From: Prochlorococcus sp. AG-402-G19
GTDB lineage: Bacteria; Cyanobacteriota; Cyanobacteriia; PCC-6307; Cyanobiaceae
Assembly (NCBI GenBank): GCA_003279455.1
Contig: QCHU01000003.1
Coordinates: 12,367 to 76,366, forward strand
DNA length: 64,000 bases
Reading direction: 5' to 3'
A model generated the notes under the pieces. The model was given only the letters and a program-made list of their open reading frames with translations. It was not told the DNA's origin and made no database searches. The position numbers and the translations under genes were made by a program. Of this stretch, positions 19,453-28,758 are shown piece by piece. The first letter of the stretch is position 1. Every line of letters starts with the position of its first letter.

Positions 19453-21789
19453 TTGACAATCGCAACAAGCCAGCCCGAAACCAATAATTCAGAATCGGGT
19501 AAAAAAAATGTCACAACTGATTTTCCAATAACTGCACCTGCAGCCAATCCTGTCTTTTACAGAACTTATAGCAGGAAACTTCCAGCAGGTCGTGAAAGCT
19601 GGGAACAAGTAAATACACGAAATCTCAATGGTCTGAAGAAACTTGGAAGATTAAACGAAGCAGAAATTAATTTAATGCAAAGAATGCAACAGGAGAAAAA
19701 AGCACTTCCCTCAGGTCGATGGCTTTGGATAGGCGGAACAGAATGGATTGATAAAGAGAAGAATTTTTCTGGAGCCTACAATTGCACCTCAACAAATCTT
19801 GTTGATTGGCAAGCCTTCGGACTTATGATGGATTTAGCCATGATGGGTTGTGGAACGGGTGCAATAATTGAGCCTCACTTGATTGATCAACTGCCAGAGG
19901 TAACAAATACAATTAATATTCAAAATGTTTCAGATATTGGGTTAACTCCCTCTGAAGAGAGAAATGAAAAAACTACATTCTCCATTCAAGATAACAATGT
20001 ACTTATCAAAGTTGGTGATAGTAGACGTGGATGGGTGGATAGCTATCAAAAAATCCTTGAACTAAGCAGTGACACTAGTTTTAATTCTAAAATTATTAAT
20101 GTATCTATTGATTTAAAAGATGTAAGGCCAGCGGGTGAATCACTCAAAGGTTTCGGCGGCATGGCGAACCCCGTAAAATTAAAAGACTTATACCCTCGTG
20201 TAGCAAATCTTTTAAACAAAGCAGTAGGCAGGAAACTAACTTCCATTGAATGTTGTCTACTAATCGACGAAGCAGCGGTCACAATAGTTGCTGGCAATAT
20301 CAGAAGAAGTGCAGGTATGCGTCAATTTTTATCGCACGATTTAGAAGCTGCTGGCGCCAAAGAAAATCTATGGAAGCAAGACTCAGATGGGAATTGGAGT
20401 ATCGACCCAGAAAAGGATGCATTAAGGATGGCCAATCATACTCGTGTTTACCACACCAAACCTGAATTAAGTGTTCTTGTCGAAGCCGTTACTAAGCAAT
20501 TTCATTCAGGAGAAGGTGCTATTCAATTTGCACCAGAAGCAATTGCTCGCTCTAATGCAGACATACTTTCAACAGTTGAACTAAGGAATGAATTTATAGA
20601 TATCTATTGCGATCAAGGCAAAGAAGAAGCCTCTAAATGGATTCAATCAAATTACGGTCCATTTGAAGAAAAAGAACTGTTTCACAGACTCAGTAGATAT
20701 GGTCTCAATCCTTGCGGTGAAATTTTAGGCTCAGATTTCCACTGTAATCTTGCTGAGATCCATCTTAATCAAATTGATCCATTAGATATAAATCAACAAG
20801 AAGATGCCTTCAAAGCAGCAGCCTTGTCAGTTGCATGTCTTCTTAACCATCGATTTGAAGTAGAGCGATACAGAAAAAGTCGTGAATGGGATCCAATTGT
20901 TGGGGTAAGCTTTACAGGACTTTTTGACTTTTTTGTTCATGCATTTGGGACACCCTGGTTGAAATGGTGGGAAGCCGGACGACCTGATACAAAAGAAGGG
21001 CAAGATTACAAAATTAAAGAAGCTACTTTTTTGAGTCGATGGAGAAAAATCGTCAACGATACCGTATTTGACTATTGTGATAGACATAATATCCGTCGCC
21101 CAAGTCGTTGCACAACAGTTCAACCTGCGGGTACTAAGAGCCTACTAACTGGGGCTTCCCCAGGATGGCATCCTCCAAAAGCGCAGCGTTTTATAAGAAG
21201 AATCACTTTTCGGAAGAACGATCCAGTTGCACTGGCATGTATGGATTATGGATACACGATTGTTCCTTCTCAGTCAGATAAAGATGAGAACGGAAAACTA
21301 CTAGACAATCCATTTGATCCCAAATGTACTGAGTGGCTAGTTGAAATTCCAACTGAGGTAAGTTGGGCAAACATACCTGGTGCAGATCAAATAGATATAA
21401 ATAACTTCTCAGCTCTTGCACAATTTGATTTTTATATGCAAGTTCAAACTAACTACACTGATCACAACACCTCAGCCACAATTGAATTCAGAGAAAATGA
21501 GATAGGGGATTTAGCGAAAGCTCTGCATATCTCTATAAATGAAAACAAAGGTTATATTTCAGCTGCTTTGCTGGCAAGATTTGATGCGAATGCAACCTTC
21601 CCTAGGCTTCCTTTTGAGCCTATTGATGAAGAATGCTACACAAAGCTGCAAGCAGAGGTCATAGAAAGAAGAGAAGATTGTGATTTCTTTGATGCTCTTA
21701 GTAGATATGATCAAGGTGAACTTACTGAGGCAGGTCCAGCAGGGTGCGATTCTGATAAGTGCTTACTGCCACTTGCTAAACCCTCTTGA
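19453..21789 (+). CDS. nrdJ: class II adenosylcobalamin-dependent ribonucleotide reductase
   Basis: VFYRTYSR, PSGRWLW, YNC, GNIRRSA, LNPCGE, TTVQPAGT, C-terminal CDSDKC. Confidence 0.96.
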   Translation: MTIATSQPETNNSESGKKNVTTDFPITAPAANPVFYRTYSRKLPAGRESWEQVNTRNLNGLKKLGRLNEAEINLMQRMQQEKKALPSGRWLWIGGTEWIDKEKNFSGAYNCTSTNLVDWQAFGLMMDLAMMGCGTGAIIEPHLIDQLPEVTNTINIQNVSDIGLTPSEERNEKTTFSIQDNNVLIKVGDSRRGWVDSYQKILELSSDTSFNSKIINVSIDLKDVRPAGESLKGFGGMANPVKLKDLYPRVANLLNKAVGRKLTSIECCLLIDEAAVTIVAGNIRRSAGMRQFLSHDLEAAGAKENLWKQDSDGNWSIDPEKDALRMANHTRVYHTKPELSVLVEAVTKQFHSGEGAIQFAPEAIARSNADILSTVELRNEFIDIYCDQGKEEASKWIQSNYGPFEEKELFHRLSRYGLNPCGEILGSDFHCNLAEIHLNQIDPLDINQQEDAFKAAALSVACLLNHRFEVERYRKSREWDPIVGVSFTGLFDFFVHAFGTPWLKWWEAGRPDTKEGQDYKIKEATFLSRWRKIVNDTVFDYCDRHNIRRPSRCTTVQPAGTKSLLTGASPGWHPPKAQRFIRRITFRKNDPVALACMDYGYTIVPSQSDKDENGKLLDNPFDPKCTEWLVEIPTEVSWANIPGADQIDINNFSALAQFDFYMQVQTNYTDHNTSATIEFRENEIGDLAKALHISINENKGYISAALLARFDANATFPRLPFEPIDEECYTKLQAEVIERREDCDFFDALSRYDQGELTEAGPAGCDSDKCLLPLAKPS

Positions 21790-21950
21790 GACCAGTTTGT
21801 CTATTTTTAATACGACCGATATTTTTATGTAAACTAAATTAATCAATTTATTAAATAAAATAATTTTATTCATAGAAGTTTTAAAGATAATTGTCCAAAC
21901 GAAAAATTATGGCTAACTATTAAATAGGTCTTGTGTTCCTTAAAATTTAA

Positions 21951-22220
21951 ATGACTACGACTAATAAACCATTAAATGCAAGTAGCACGAGTGCTAATGA
22001 TGCACTTATCGACCAACTGAGAGCTTGTCAAAACCCTGAGGAAATTCTGAAATTCGAAAAATGGTTTAATTCAAATATTGAATCTGAAAAACTATATAAA
22101 AGAATTTGCAAACTGCTAAAAAACAGAAGTATATCTAGAGCATTAGCTTCAAAATGGCTACTAATACTTCTTGAAGATAGAGAAAACACTATAAATAAGT
22201 TGTCTGTTAAAGAATATTGA
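21951..22220 (+). CDS. small hypothetical protein
   Basis: 89-aa helical ORF filling the intergenic gap, ATG start. Confidence 0.65.
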   Translation: MTTTNKPLNASSTSANDALIDQLRACQNPEEILKFEKWFNSNIESEKLYKRICKLLKNRSISRALASKWLLILLEDRENTINKLSVKEY

Positions 22221-22261
22221 ATTTACTCTACTGAAAAAAAATCACTACCCTATCATTTTTT

Positions 22262-22456
22262 TTAGAAAGGGAATGGTCCTGATGCACCGCTAGAAGCAGT
22301 AAACCCTGACAAAGCCCAAATACCAAAAGAAAACAGAGCACATCCAATAAAGAACATCAAGTGAGCTACATAGCGATATTTCTCTTTTTGACTAATGCCA
22401 CCTTCCATAGGAAGGTCCCCAAGGAAACGAGATTGCGGGCTCTTGTTGCTTGCCAT
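22262..22456 (-). CDS. small single-TM hypothetical protein
   Basis: 64-aa ORF with a hydrophobic segment (VAHLMFFIGCALFSFGIWAL); richer in GC than its flanks. Confidence 0.65.
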   Translation of the reverse strand: MASNKSPQSRFLGDLPMEGGISQKEKYRYVAHLMFFIGCALFSFGIWALSGFTASSGASGPFPF

Positions 22457-22660
22457 GAATGTGATTTACCAATGTCTGGAATTATTGCACAAATAATATC
22501 ATTGATATTTATCCAGATAAAGAATCTATAGGTTCTGAAATTTTTTTTAAGGTAAAAAAAGGATCCTCTTTAAAAATGAACTAAATAGCTTAAAGGGAGG
22601 AAGTTATTATTTGAGTAATTTATTTAAAATTTCAGAAGTTAATAAGGTAAAATTATTAGT

Positions 22661-22747
22661 GGAGAGTTGGTCGAGTGGTTTATGGCTCTAGTCTTGAAAA
22701 CTAGCATGGGGGCAACTCCATCGGGGGTTCGAATCCCCCACTCTCCG
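22661..22747 (+). tRNA. tRNA-Ser (anticodon UGA)
   Basis: Acceptor GGAGAGT/ACTCTCC, anticodon arm CTAGT-CTTGAAA-ACTAG, long variable arm, GGGGG-TTCGAAT-CCCCC T arm, discriminator G; CCA not encoded. Confidence 0.96.
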
Positions 22748-23116
22748 TTCTTATATGGAGAGTGGGGTATGCCTATCTATTTATTTGCTGGTTGATCGAT
22801 TGAATCAGATAAGAAAAATTTTTAATTTATAAAGAAAACCCCAAGCTTTGAAGAAATGGTTCAAAGCTAAATAAGCTTAAAATTTATTTATTTTTAAGTC
22901 CACTAATATAAGAAAATCAAATATCTGATCTCAACAAGAATTCTCAAATTTCCATGATTTTTTTATTTTTTCGTTAATGTATTTTTAAATTTGGTTTTTT
23001 TTGATTTTCAAGAAACTGATCTAACATCAATTTAAACAATTAAATAAATCCCAAAGAGTTATTTAACTGTTTTTCTAAAAAATTCAGAAAGCCATACATT
23101 ACTCAATCAAATCAAA

Positions 23117-23287
23117 ATGAGAGAAGAGCGCTACCTAAAAGACAGAGAAGCTATTGTAAGAGCTGACATTTGGAAAGAGATCACTTCATCATGCAAAGGG
23201 CTAAGAACTGAGCTTGGCTACACAAACATTCAAATAGTGGAATTTTTAAAAGAAATAACAAAGACATTTGAAAGAGATCAACTTTAA
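23117..23287 (+). CDS. 56-aa hypothetical protein (below the ORF-track cutoff)
   Basis: MREERYLKDREAIVRADIWKEITSSCKGLRTELGYTNIQIVEFLKEITKTFERDQL*; coding-like composition inside very AT-rich DNA. Confidence 0.6.
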   Translation: MREERYLKDREAIVRADIWKEITSSCKGLRTELGYTNIQIVEFLKEITKTFERDQL

Positions 23288-23618
23288 ATTCAACAAATAT
23301 TTACCTACATTATTGAATTATTGATTATTTTATACTTTCTCATCTTTTCTAAAGTATAAAAAATACTTTTGTATTTTTTATACAAGCATTGTCAGCTATT
23401 AACAATAATTCTAAATAATCACAAAAACATACATTAACAACATTCCAATACTCACTAGTGCCGAGGTTTCTTCTAAAGAAAAATCTACAAATTCCATCGA
23501 TGATAAATGATTCATAGAAGTTATTTGATAAAATTTATAGAAGATATAATTACCAGTTTTTTACTTTTAGAAAATGAATCTAAAATTGGTTGTTAACATA
23601 AAAGAGGGTCAGTAAGTA

Positions 23619-25463
23619 GTGTTTTCTTTTAGTAAACGTGACTTCGCAAGTCTAACTTTCATAGCATTTATTGGAATAATCCTTTTCTTTTGGGGGCTTG
23701 GAACTACTGGATTGATAGACGAAACACCAGCAAAATTTGCTGCGGCAGGACGTTCAATGAGTGTATCCGGCAATTGGCTAACACCCATTTCGAATGGAAT
23801 ACCGAGATTTGATAAACCACCCCTAATTTATTGGTTAATGGGATTGATTTATTCAATACCTAATCAATCCTCCTGGGATCCCTTAGGATCTTTTGCCGCT
23901 CGATTTCCCTCTGCTATTTCTTCTCTCTTATTGATGACAATCTTAGGAGAAACATTGTTGAGATGGCCTCAAAAGAAAAACATTAATCAAACAAGAACTG
24001 CTGTAGTAACTGCTCTTTCATTTGCTATTTCTCCTTTTGTGATGATATGGAGTCGTACAGCAGTATCAGATGCTTTACTCTGCGGGACATTTGGTTTAAG
24101 CATGCTTTTGCAATGGCGTTGTTATGTAAAACCTAGACCAAATTCTTGGGTTTATGCATGGATAATTTTAGGTTTTTCTATACTTGCAAAAGGTCCAGTA
24201 GCAATTGTACTAATGATGTTTTCACTATTTCTCTTTGGACTTTTTCAACATGATTTTAGTCGATTAAGAAGTAATATAAAGCCTGGATATGGACTTATAG
24301 TTGCGATGATTATAAGTATGCCATGGTTCATTATTGAATATATTTTAGAAGGCAATAAATTTCTCAAAAGTTTTTTTGGATATCACAATTTTCAAAGATA
24401 CACAAGTATTGTAAATTCACACCAAGAAGGCATATTCTTTTTTGTTTTAATGTTAATCATAGCCTCTTTACCTTTTACTCCCCTTTTAATTCTAGGGATT
24501 ATCAAAGGGGCAAAAGAGATAAGAATAAATTTCCTTAAGAAGACACTTAAACCATCAGATTCCTTATTAGTTTTCTCCATATCTTGGCTGTTATCTGTCT
24601 TTATATTCTTTACTTTATCCGGCACGAAACTTCCAAGTTATTGGCTACCTGCAATACCAGCAGCCGCAATAATTATAGGACAGGCTGAAAATTTCGAGAT
24701 TAATCAAGGAAACAATAAAAGTAAACTATTTACTATTTGTTGGTGGTTATCTATTTTATTATTATTCTTGATCGCTATCGTTTTTTTATTGCCTGTATTG
24801 ATACCTAATTTGAGTTTTTTTAATAAAATAAACGATAATGAAATGAATAATTTATCAACCCAACTTATTAGCAGTGGAATATTAACAATAGGAGGAATGT
24901 GTTTATTATTTTCTGGCATTCTAGGGATTGCCTCGAAAAAATCTTTGAAAATTAATTTGTTAAGCCTTCAAGTTCCAATTATATTATTTCAATTACTAGC
25001 TATTAATCCTTTATTTAGATTAATCGATTTTAATAGGCAATTGCCATTACGAGAAGCATCTAAGTTTATAACCAATTCAATGAAGCCTAATGAGGCAATT
25101 GCAATGGTTGGAATCAAAAAACCATCTGTTCACTTTTATACAAATAAAGTAATTTTATATGAATCTAATACAAATGTTAATGTAATTAATTTATCAGAAA
25201 GGTTATCTCTTGAAAAAAGAATCGGATGGGAAGGGTATCAAAATGGGAAACCTAAAGACTCAGATAGCCTATTAATTCTAATAGATAATGCGACTTCAAA
25301 ATTAAGTCATTGGAAATTGCTTGATCCTGAAAAATTAGGTAGATTTGGTATTTATAATTTATGGCGTGTTGATATATTAAGGCTGGAAAATATAGCTAAT
25401 AAGTTTAAAAAAGAAAATAATCTAAAATCATCTTGGACTGAACACGATCCTGAAAGGTATTAG
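23619..25463 (+). CDS. ArnT/PMT-family (GT-C) membrane glycosyltransferase
   Basis: DETP..FA, RFDKPPLIYW, AKGPVA, TKLPSYWLPA.P, many TMs. Confidence 0.9.
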   Translation: MFSFSKRDFASLTFIAFIGIILFFWGLGTTGLIDETPAKFAAAGRSMSVSGNWLTPISNGIPRFDKPPLIYWLMGLIYSIPNQSSWDPLGSFAARFPSAISSLLLMTILGETLLRWPQKKNINQTRTAVVTALSFAISPFVMIWSRTAVSDALLCGTFGLSMLLQWRCYVKPRPNSWVYAWIILGFSILAKGPVAIVLMMFSLFLFGLFQHDFSRLRSNIKPGYGLIVAMIISMPWFIIEYILEGNKFLKSFFGYHNFQRYTSIVNSHQEGIFFFVLMLIIASLPFTPLLILGIIKGAKEIRINFLKKTLKPSDSLLVFSISWLLSVFIFFTLSGTKLPSYWLPAIPAAAIIIGQAENFEINQGNNKSKLFTICWWLSILLLFLIAIVFLLPVLIPNLSFFNKINDNEMNNLSTQLISSGILTIGGMCLLFSGILGIASKKSLKINLLSLQVPIILFQLLAINPLFRLIDFNRQLPLREASKFITNSMKPNEAIAMVGIKKPSVHFYTNKVILYESNTNVNVINLSERLSLEKRIGWEGYQNGKPKDSDSLLILIDNATSKLSHWKLLDPEKLGRFGIYNLWRVDILRLENIANKFKKENNLKSSWTEHDPERY

Positions 25464-25512
25464 AAATACTAAATGAAGCAGCAATTTAATTGTTATATTG
25501 ATTTATTAAATT

Positions 25513-26718
25513 TTAACAGTCTAAAAAAGAATTTGTAATTGATTTAGCCATCATGTCTGAGATTCCTTCAATAATCCCTCTTCCATAAATTTGGTTGTTG
25601 TCATTTTCTTTTGAAAAGTCATCCTGACAATTTCTCTCTAACAAATTAAGAATCAAATTGCAGGTTTCAAGCATATATTTTTCCTCTTGAACTGAACCAT
25701 CAGCACAAAAAACATTAGGCCCTAATAGCCTTCGCTGTGCTTCAGCAAAAGATGCATTAAATTGTGGACCTTTTCCTTCTATCTGAACAATTAACTTTCC
25801 TAAAATTGCTGCTTGTTCAGTAGCAGTTCCAGCCATACTAATTAAAACGTTACTGCTTTGAACAACTTTGACAAATGAATCCCTGTGGACATTAACAATG
25901 GAATGATTTTTTATTAATTTCAAAGGATAATCTTTATTAGTTGGAAAACACAATGACCATCCATACAAAGTAATTATGTTTCTTAAAGAATAGTCATCCA
26001 ATGAGGGGACCAATGCAACATCAAAACTTATATCAGTATTTTTACTTTTTAAATTCGCGATATTCTCAATAACTTTCAGAATTAAACATAAATTCTCACC
26101 TACTTCAGGCATTCTGCTACCAGGCAATATTCCCAAACGCTTATTATATTTTGGTAAACTTTGGGGTTTAGTTAAAAATGGGTCCATAAAAGGATTGCCC
26201 ATAAATTCAACTTTGCCAAATAATTTTTTTTTTAAATCATCCGCAGTAAGCTTATCTCTCGTATAAATTTTTAAAAATTTATCGCTAGACAAGCAACCAT
26301 AACAAGGCCAAGGTAGCTTTAACTTTCCTTCATAATGACTTGAATATGCTACTAAATAAGTTACTACTGGCAATCGTGTTAACCATGCCACTGTTACGGG
26401 GAGCACATCCCCTACGACAACCAACAAATCATATCTAGATGAAATCAAAAATAAAAGGTAAATTCGTTTTATTAGATAAATTATCTGGCCTTGAATTAAT
26501 TCAAGAATTCGACCTTTCAGACTTGTATATCCCATTCCACCTGTACTAAATGATTTGGTCTTACCAAGGACTTTTATCCCTGCCTTCAAGTAAGATTCAC
26601 CATTGCCAACGAGGGGTAAGGCCTTTACTTCATGTCCGAGCTTTTTAAATGCCTTTCCCATAAGAGACCCTGAAAGGTCTTCTCCATGACCATTACTTAG
26701 GAAAAGGATTTTTGACAA
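25513..26718 (-). CDS. lipid-A-disaccharide synthase-related glycosyltransferase (TIGR03492-like)
   Basis: LSNGHGED, LPLVG.G, GNPFMD, LPGSR.PE, MAGTATEQ, GPQF..FAEAQRRLLG. Confidence 0.87.
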   Translation of the reverse strand: MSKILFLSNGHGEDLSGSLMGKAFKKLGHEVKALPLVGNGESYLKAGIKVLGKTKSFSTGGMGYTSLKGRILELIQGQIIYLIKRIYLLFLISSRYDLLVVVGDVLPVTVAWLTRLPVVTYLVAYSSHYEGKLKLPWPCYGCLSSDKFLKIYTRDKLTADDLKKKLFGKVEFMGNPFMDPFLTKPQSLPKYNKRLGILPGSRMPEVGENLCLILKVIENIANLKSKNTDISFDVALVPSLDDYSLRNIITLYGWSLCFPTNKDYPLKLIKNHSIVNVHRDSFVKVVQSSNVLISMAGTATEQAAILGKLIVQIEGKGPQFNASFAEAQRRLLGPNVFCADGSVQEEKYMLETCNLILNLLERNCQDDFSKENDNNQIYGRGIIEGISDMMAKSITNSFLDC

Positions 26719-26981
26719 TTAAAAACTAAAATGTTTGAAAAAGTAATAAATCAATACTAGGCTCAAAATAACTAAAAGTGAGCAAAGAAACTATTTTATA
26801 CGTGAATTTTGAAATAAAGTATTATTCTTCTAGATTATCTAGATTATTATTAAACAAAGAAATAAAAATCTATATTAGTAGAATAACATATTTAATACAG
26901 CTTTATAAATTACAAATAATTTAAATACTCTACAAAGGTATTAAGAATTTATAATAATGTTAAAATATTCTCCAACCTTAT

Positions 26982-27692
26982 ATGATCTCAATTCTTAAGT
27001 ACCTAAATCCATTCTCTAGAAGCAAGCCGAAAATTATTTACACAAGTTGGGGAAATATTGAGCCAGCTGTAGATGTTTTCCCTATCGTTTATCTATTATT
27101 TATTTACGGTTTTATATATATCTTTCCTTATGGCAGAGACGTAGTAGGGATGAGCTGGTTTGATTGGTTTAGAAGCGAAGATGGACCTTTGGAATGGATA
27201 CAGTTTATTGGATATTTTTTAGGTTTTGTATTTTCAAGTCTTATTCTTTTTAAACGCCGAAGAATAGGAATTAATAAAAGATGGATAGCTTGGTTGATTT
27301 TGGCTTTGATTTGTTTTTTTGTCGCTGGAGAAGAAATAAGTTGGGGAGAGCGTATAACGGGGATAGGAATAGATTCGATTAGAGCAATAAATAGTCAAGG
27401 TGAGACCAGCATTCATAATATTCACTTTTTTCATCATTATCTATTAGATCCATCTTTCGAGATTTCTTGTCTCTTTCTTGGATGGATTGGTTGGAGAGCA
27501 TGGCCCTCAATTGATGCTTTCCCTTCAAAAAGATATAGTCTTTATTTCCTATTTGTAGCTTTATTTTATTTCTATTTTGATATATCTCAGGCCTCGACAA
27601 TAAGTCAGATTCGCAATGATCAGGAAATATTTGAAGTACTTATGTCTCTTGGACTAGCTTCTCATTGCTGGAATAAAGCATTTCAAAAATGA
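26982..27692 (+). CDS. multi-TM membrane protein with EDGPLE / GEEISWG motifs
   Basis: About six hydrophobic segments; EDGPLEW, GEEISWGER and NSQGETSIHN motifs. Confidence 0.7.
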   Translation: MISILKYLNPFSRSKPKIIYTSWGNIEPAVDVFPIVYLLFIYGFIYIFPYGRDVVGMSWFDWFRSEDGPLEWIQFIGYFLGFVFSSLILFKRRRIGINKRWIAWLILALICFFVAGEEISWGERITGIGIDSIRAINSQGETSIHNIHFFHHYLLDPSFEISCLFLGWIGWRAWPSIDAFPSKRYSLYFLFVALFYFYFDISQASTISQIRNDQEIFEVLMSLGLASHCWNKAFQK

Positions 27693-27906
27693 CAGACAGA
27701 AACTAAAAATCAATATTTATTGTGAGTAGATCATTTAAAATGATAATACAAATTAAATATTAAAACTTAACTTACAACTCTTTTAAATAATCTAGGCATA
27801 AATTACATATATAAAGTATTAGTAAATGATATAAATAAGAAAATAATCTGAGGCCATAATATGCCATCAAGATTATTATTATATTTATTAGAAAGCATCC
27901 TTTTCA

Positions 27907-28377
27907 CTAACAATCCAATGATTCACTTGTTTTTTTATTAGTAACGTTATTTGTTCCATCTGCGATAATGCATAATTTTTTTTTCACATCATTAGCAATT
28001 AAAACGTCAGTAAAATCGGCACCATCAATAATAACGTTTTCAAATTTAGCATTATAAGCAAAAGCACCCTCCAATACACTATTTGAAAGGTTTGCACCAT
28101 TAAGTATGGCCGCATCCATTGTCACATCTCTCATATTTGTATTACTTAAGTTAGCGTTTTCAAGCTTTGCATCAAAAAAGCTAGCTCCTTGAAGATCACT
28201 GCCTGAAAAGTCAGCATCTTGGAGATCACTTAAATAAAAAGTGGCCCCTTTTAAATCACTGTTAGAAAAATCAGCGCCTATCAAGGTTTGCTTTCCATAG
28301 TCCAAAGCTGCAAAAACAGGAAGTGAACAATAGAAAACCAGGATCGAGCTTACAAAAGCAAGAAGAAGTTTAAACAT
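27907..28377 (-). CDS. secreted/lumenal pentapeptide-repeat protein
   Basis: Signal peptide, A(D/N)(L/F)xx repeats, C-terminal Cys pair. Confidence 0.9.
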   Translation of the reverse strand: MFKLLLAFVSSILVFYCSLPVFAALDYGKQTLIGADFSNSDLKGATFYLSDLQDADFSGSDLQGASFFDAKLENANLSNTNMRDVTMDAAILNGANLSNSVLEGAFAYNAKFENVIIDGADFTDVLIANDVKKKLCIIADGTNNVTNKKTSESLDC

Positions 28378-28498
28378 AAATTTCTTATAGCTACTATTGA
28401 TTATATTTTAATTCCAACTGGATATAAAAGTTAAATATTGAATTTAATATATATTTGATCAAAAAGAATAATAATTCTACAATCTATCTTAAAACCAT

Positions 28499-28540
28499 AA
28501 AAAAAAGCAAAGCAAATAAATATTTACTTTGCTTTTTTTT
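28499..28540. terminator. terminator-like hairpin flanked by A and T tracts
   Basis: AAAAAAAGCAAAG-caaataaatattta-CTTTGCTTTTTTT. Confidence 0.5.
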
Positions 28541-28758
28541 AATTCAATCTAATTATATTAATCCCTATATTATATAGTTTTTAGAGCATATATGAAAAAC
28601 ATTCCAACTAGAGCTGTTATAGTACCAAAAATAAAGATATGACTAAATAAAAATTTCTAACTAACTAGCATAATTGCTATATTTTAATATATATTTTATG
28701 TATAAAGAAAAATTAATTGACTAAATTTACCAAATCTAAAATATCAAATTCCCCATAA

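Noticed and set aside
19453-21789. Intein or intron in nrdJ; cobalamin riboswitch upstream
   Set aside because: ORF is uninterrupted and of ordinary length; the 113-bp spacer is short and occupied by NrdR boxes
22844-22868. 9-bp inverted repeat AGCTTTGAA/TTCAAAGCT after the tRNA
   Set aside because: Weak stem without a U tract; no function can be supported
26829-26846. Tandem TCTAGATTA x2
   Set aside because: Two copies in very AT-rich DNA; plausible slippage or chance
22747-28750. Intact prophage or tycheposon at tRNA-Ser
   Set aside because: No integrase or phage genes, and no direct repeat of the tRNA 3' end spotted by eye
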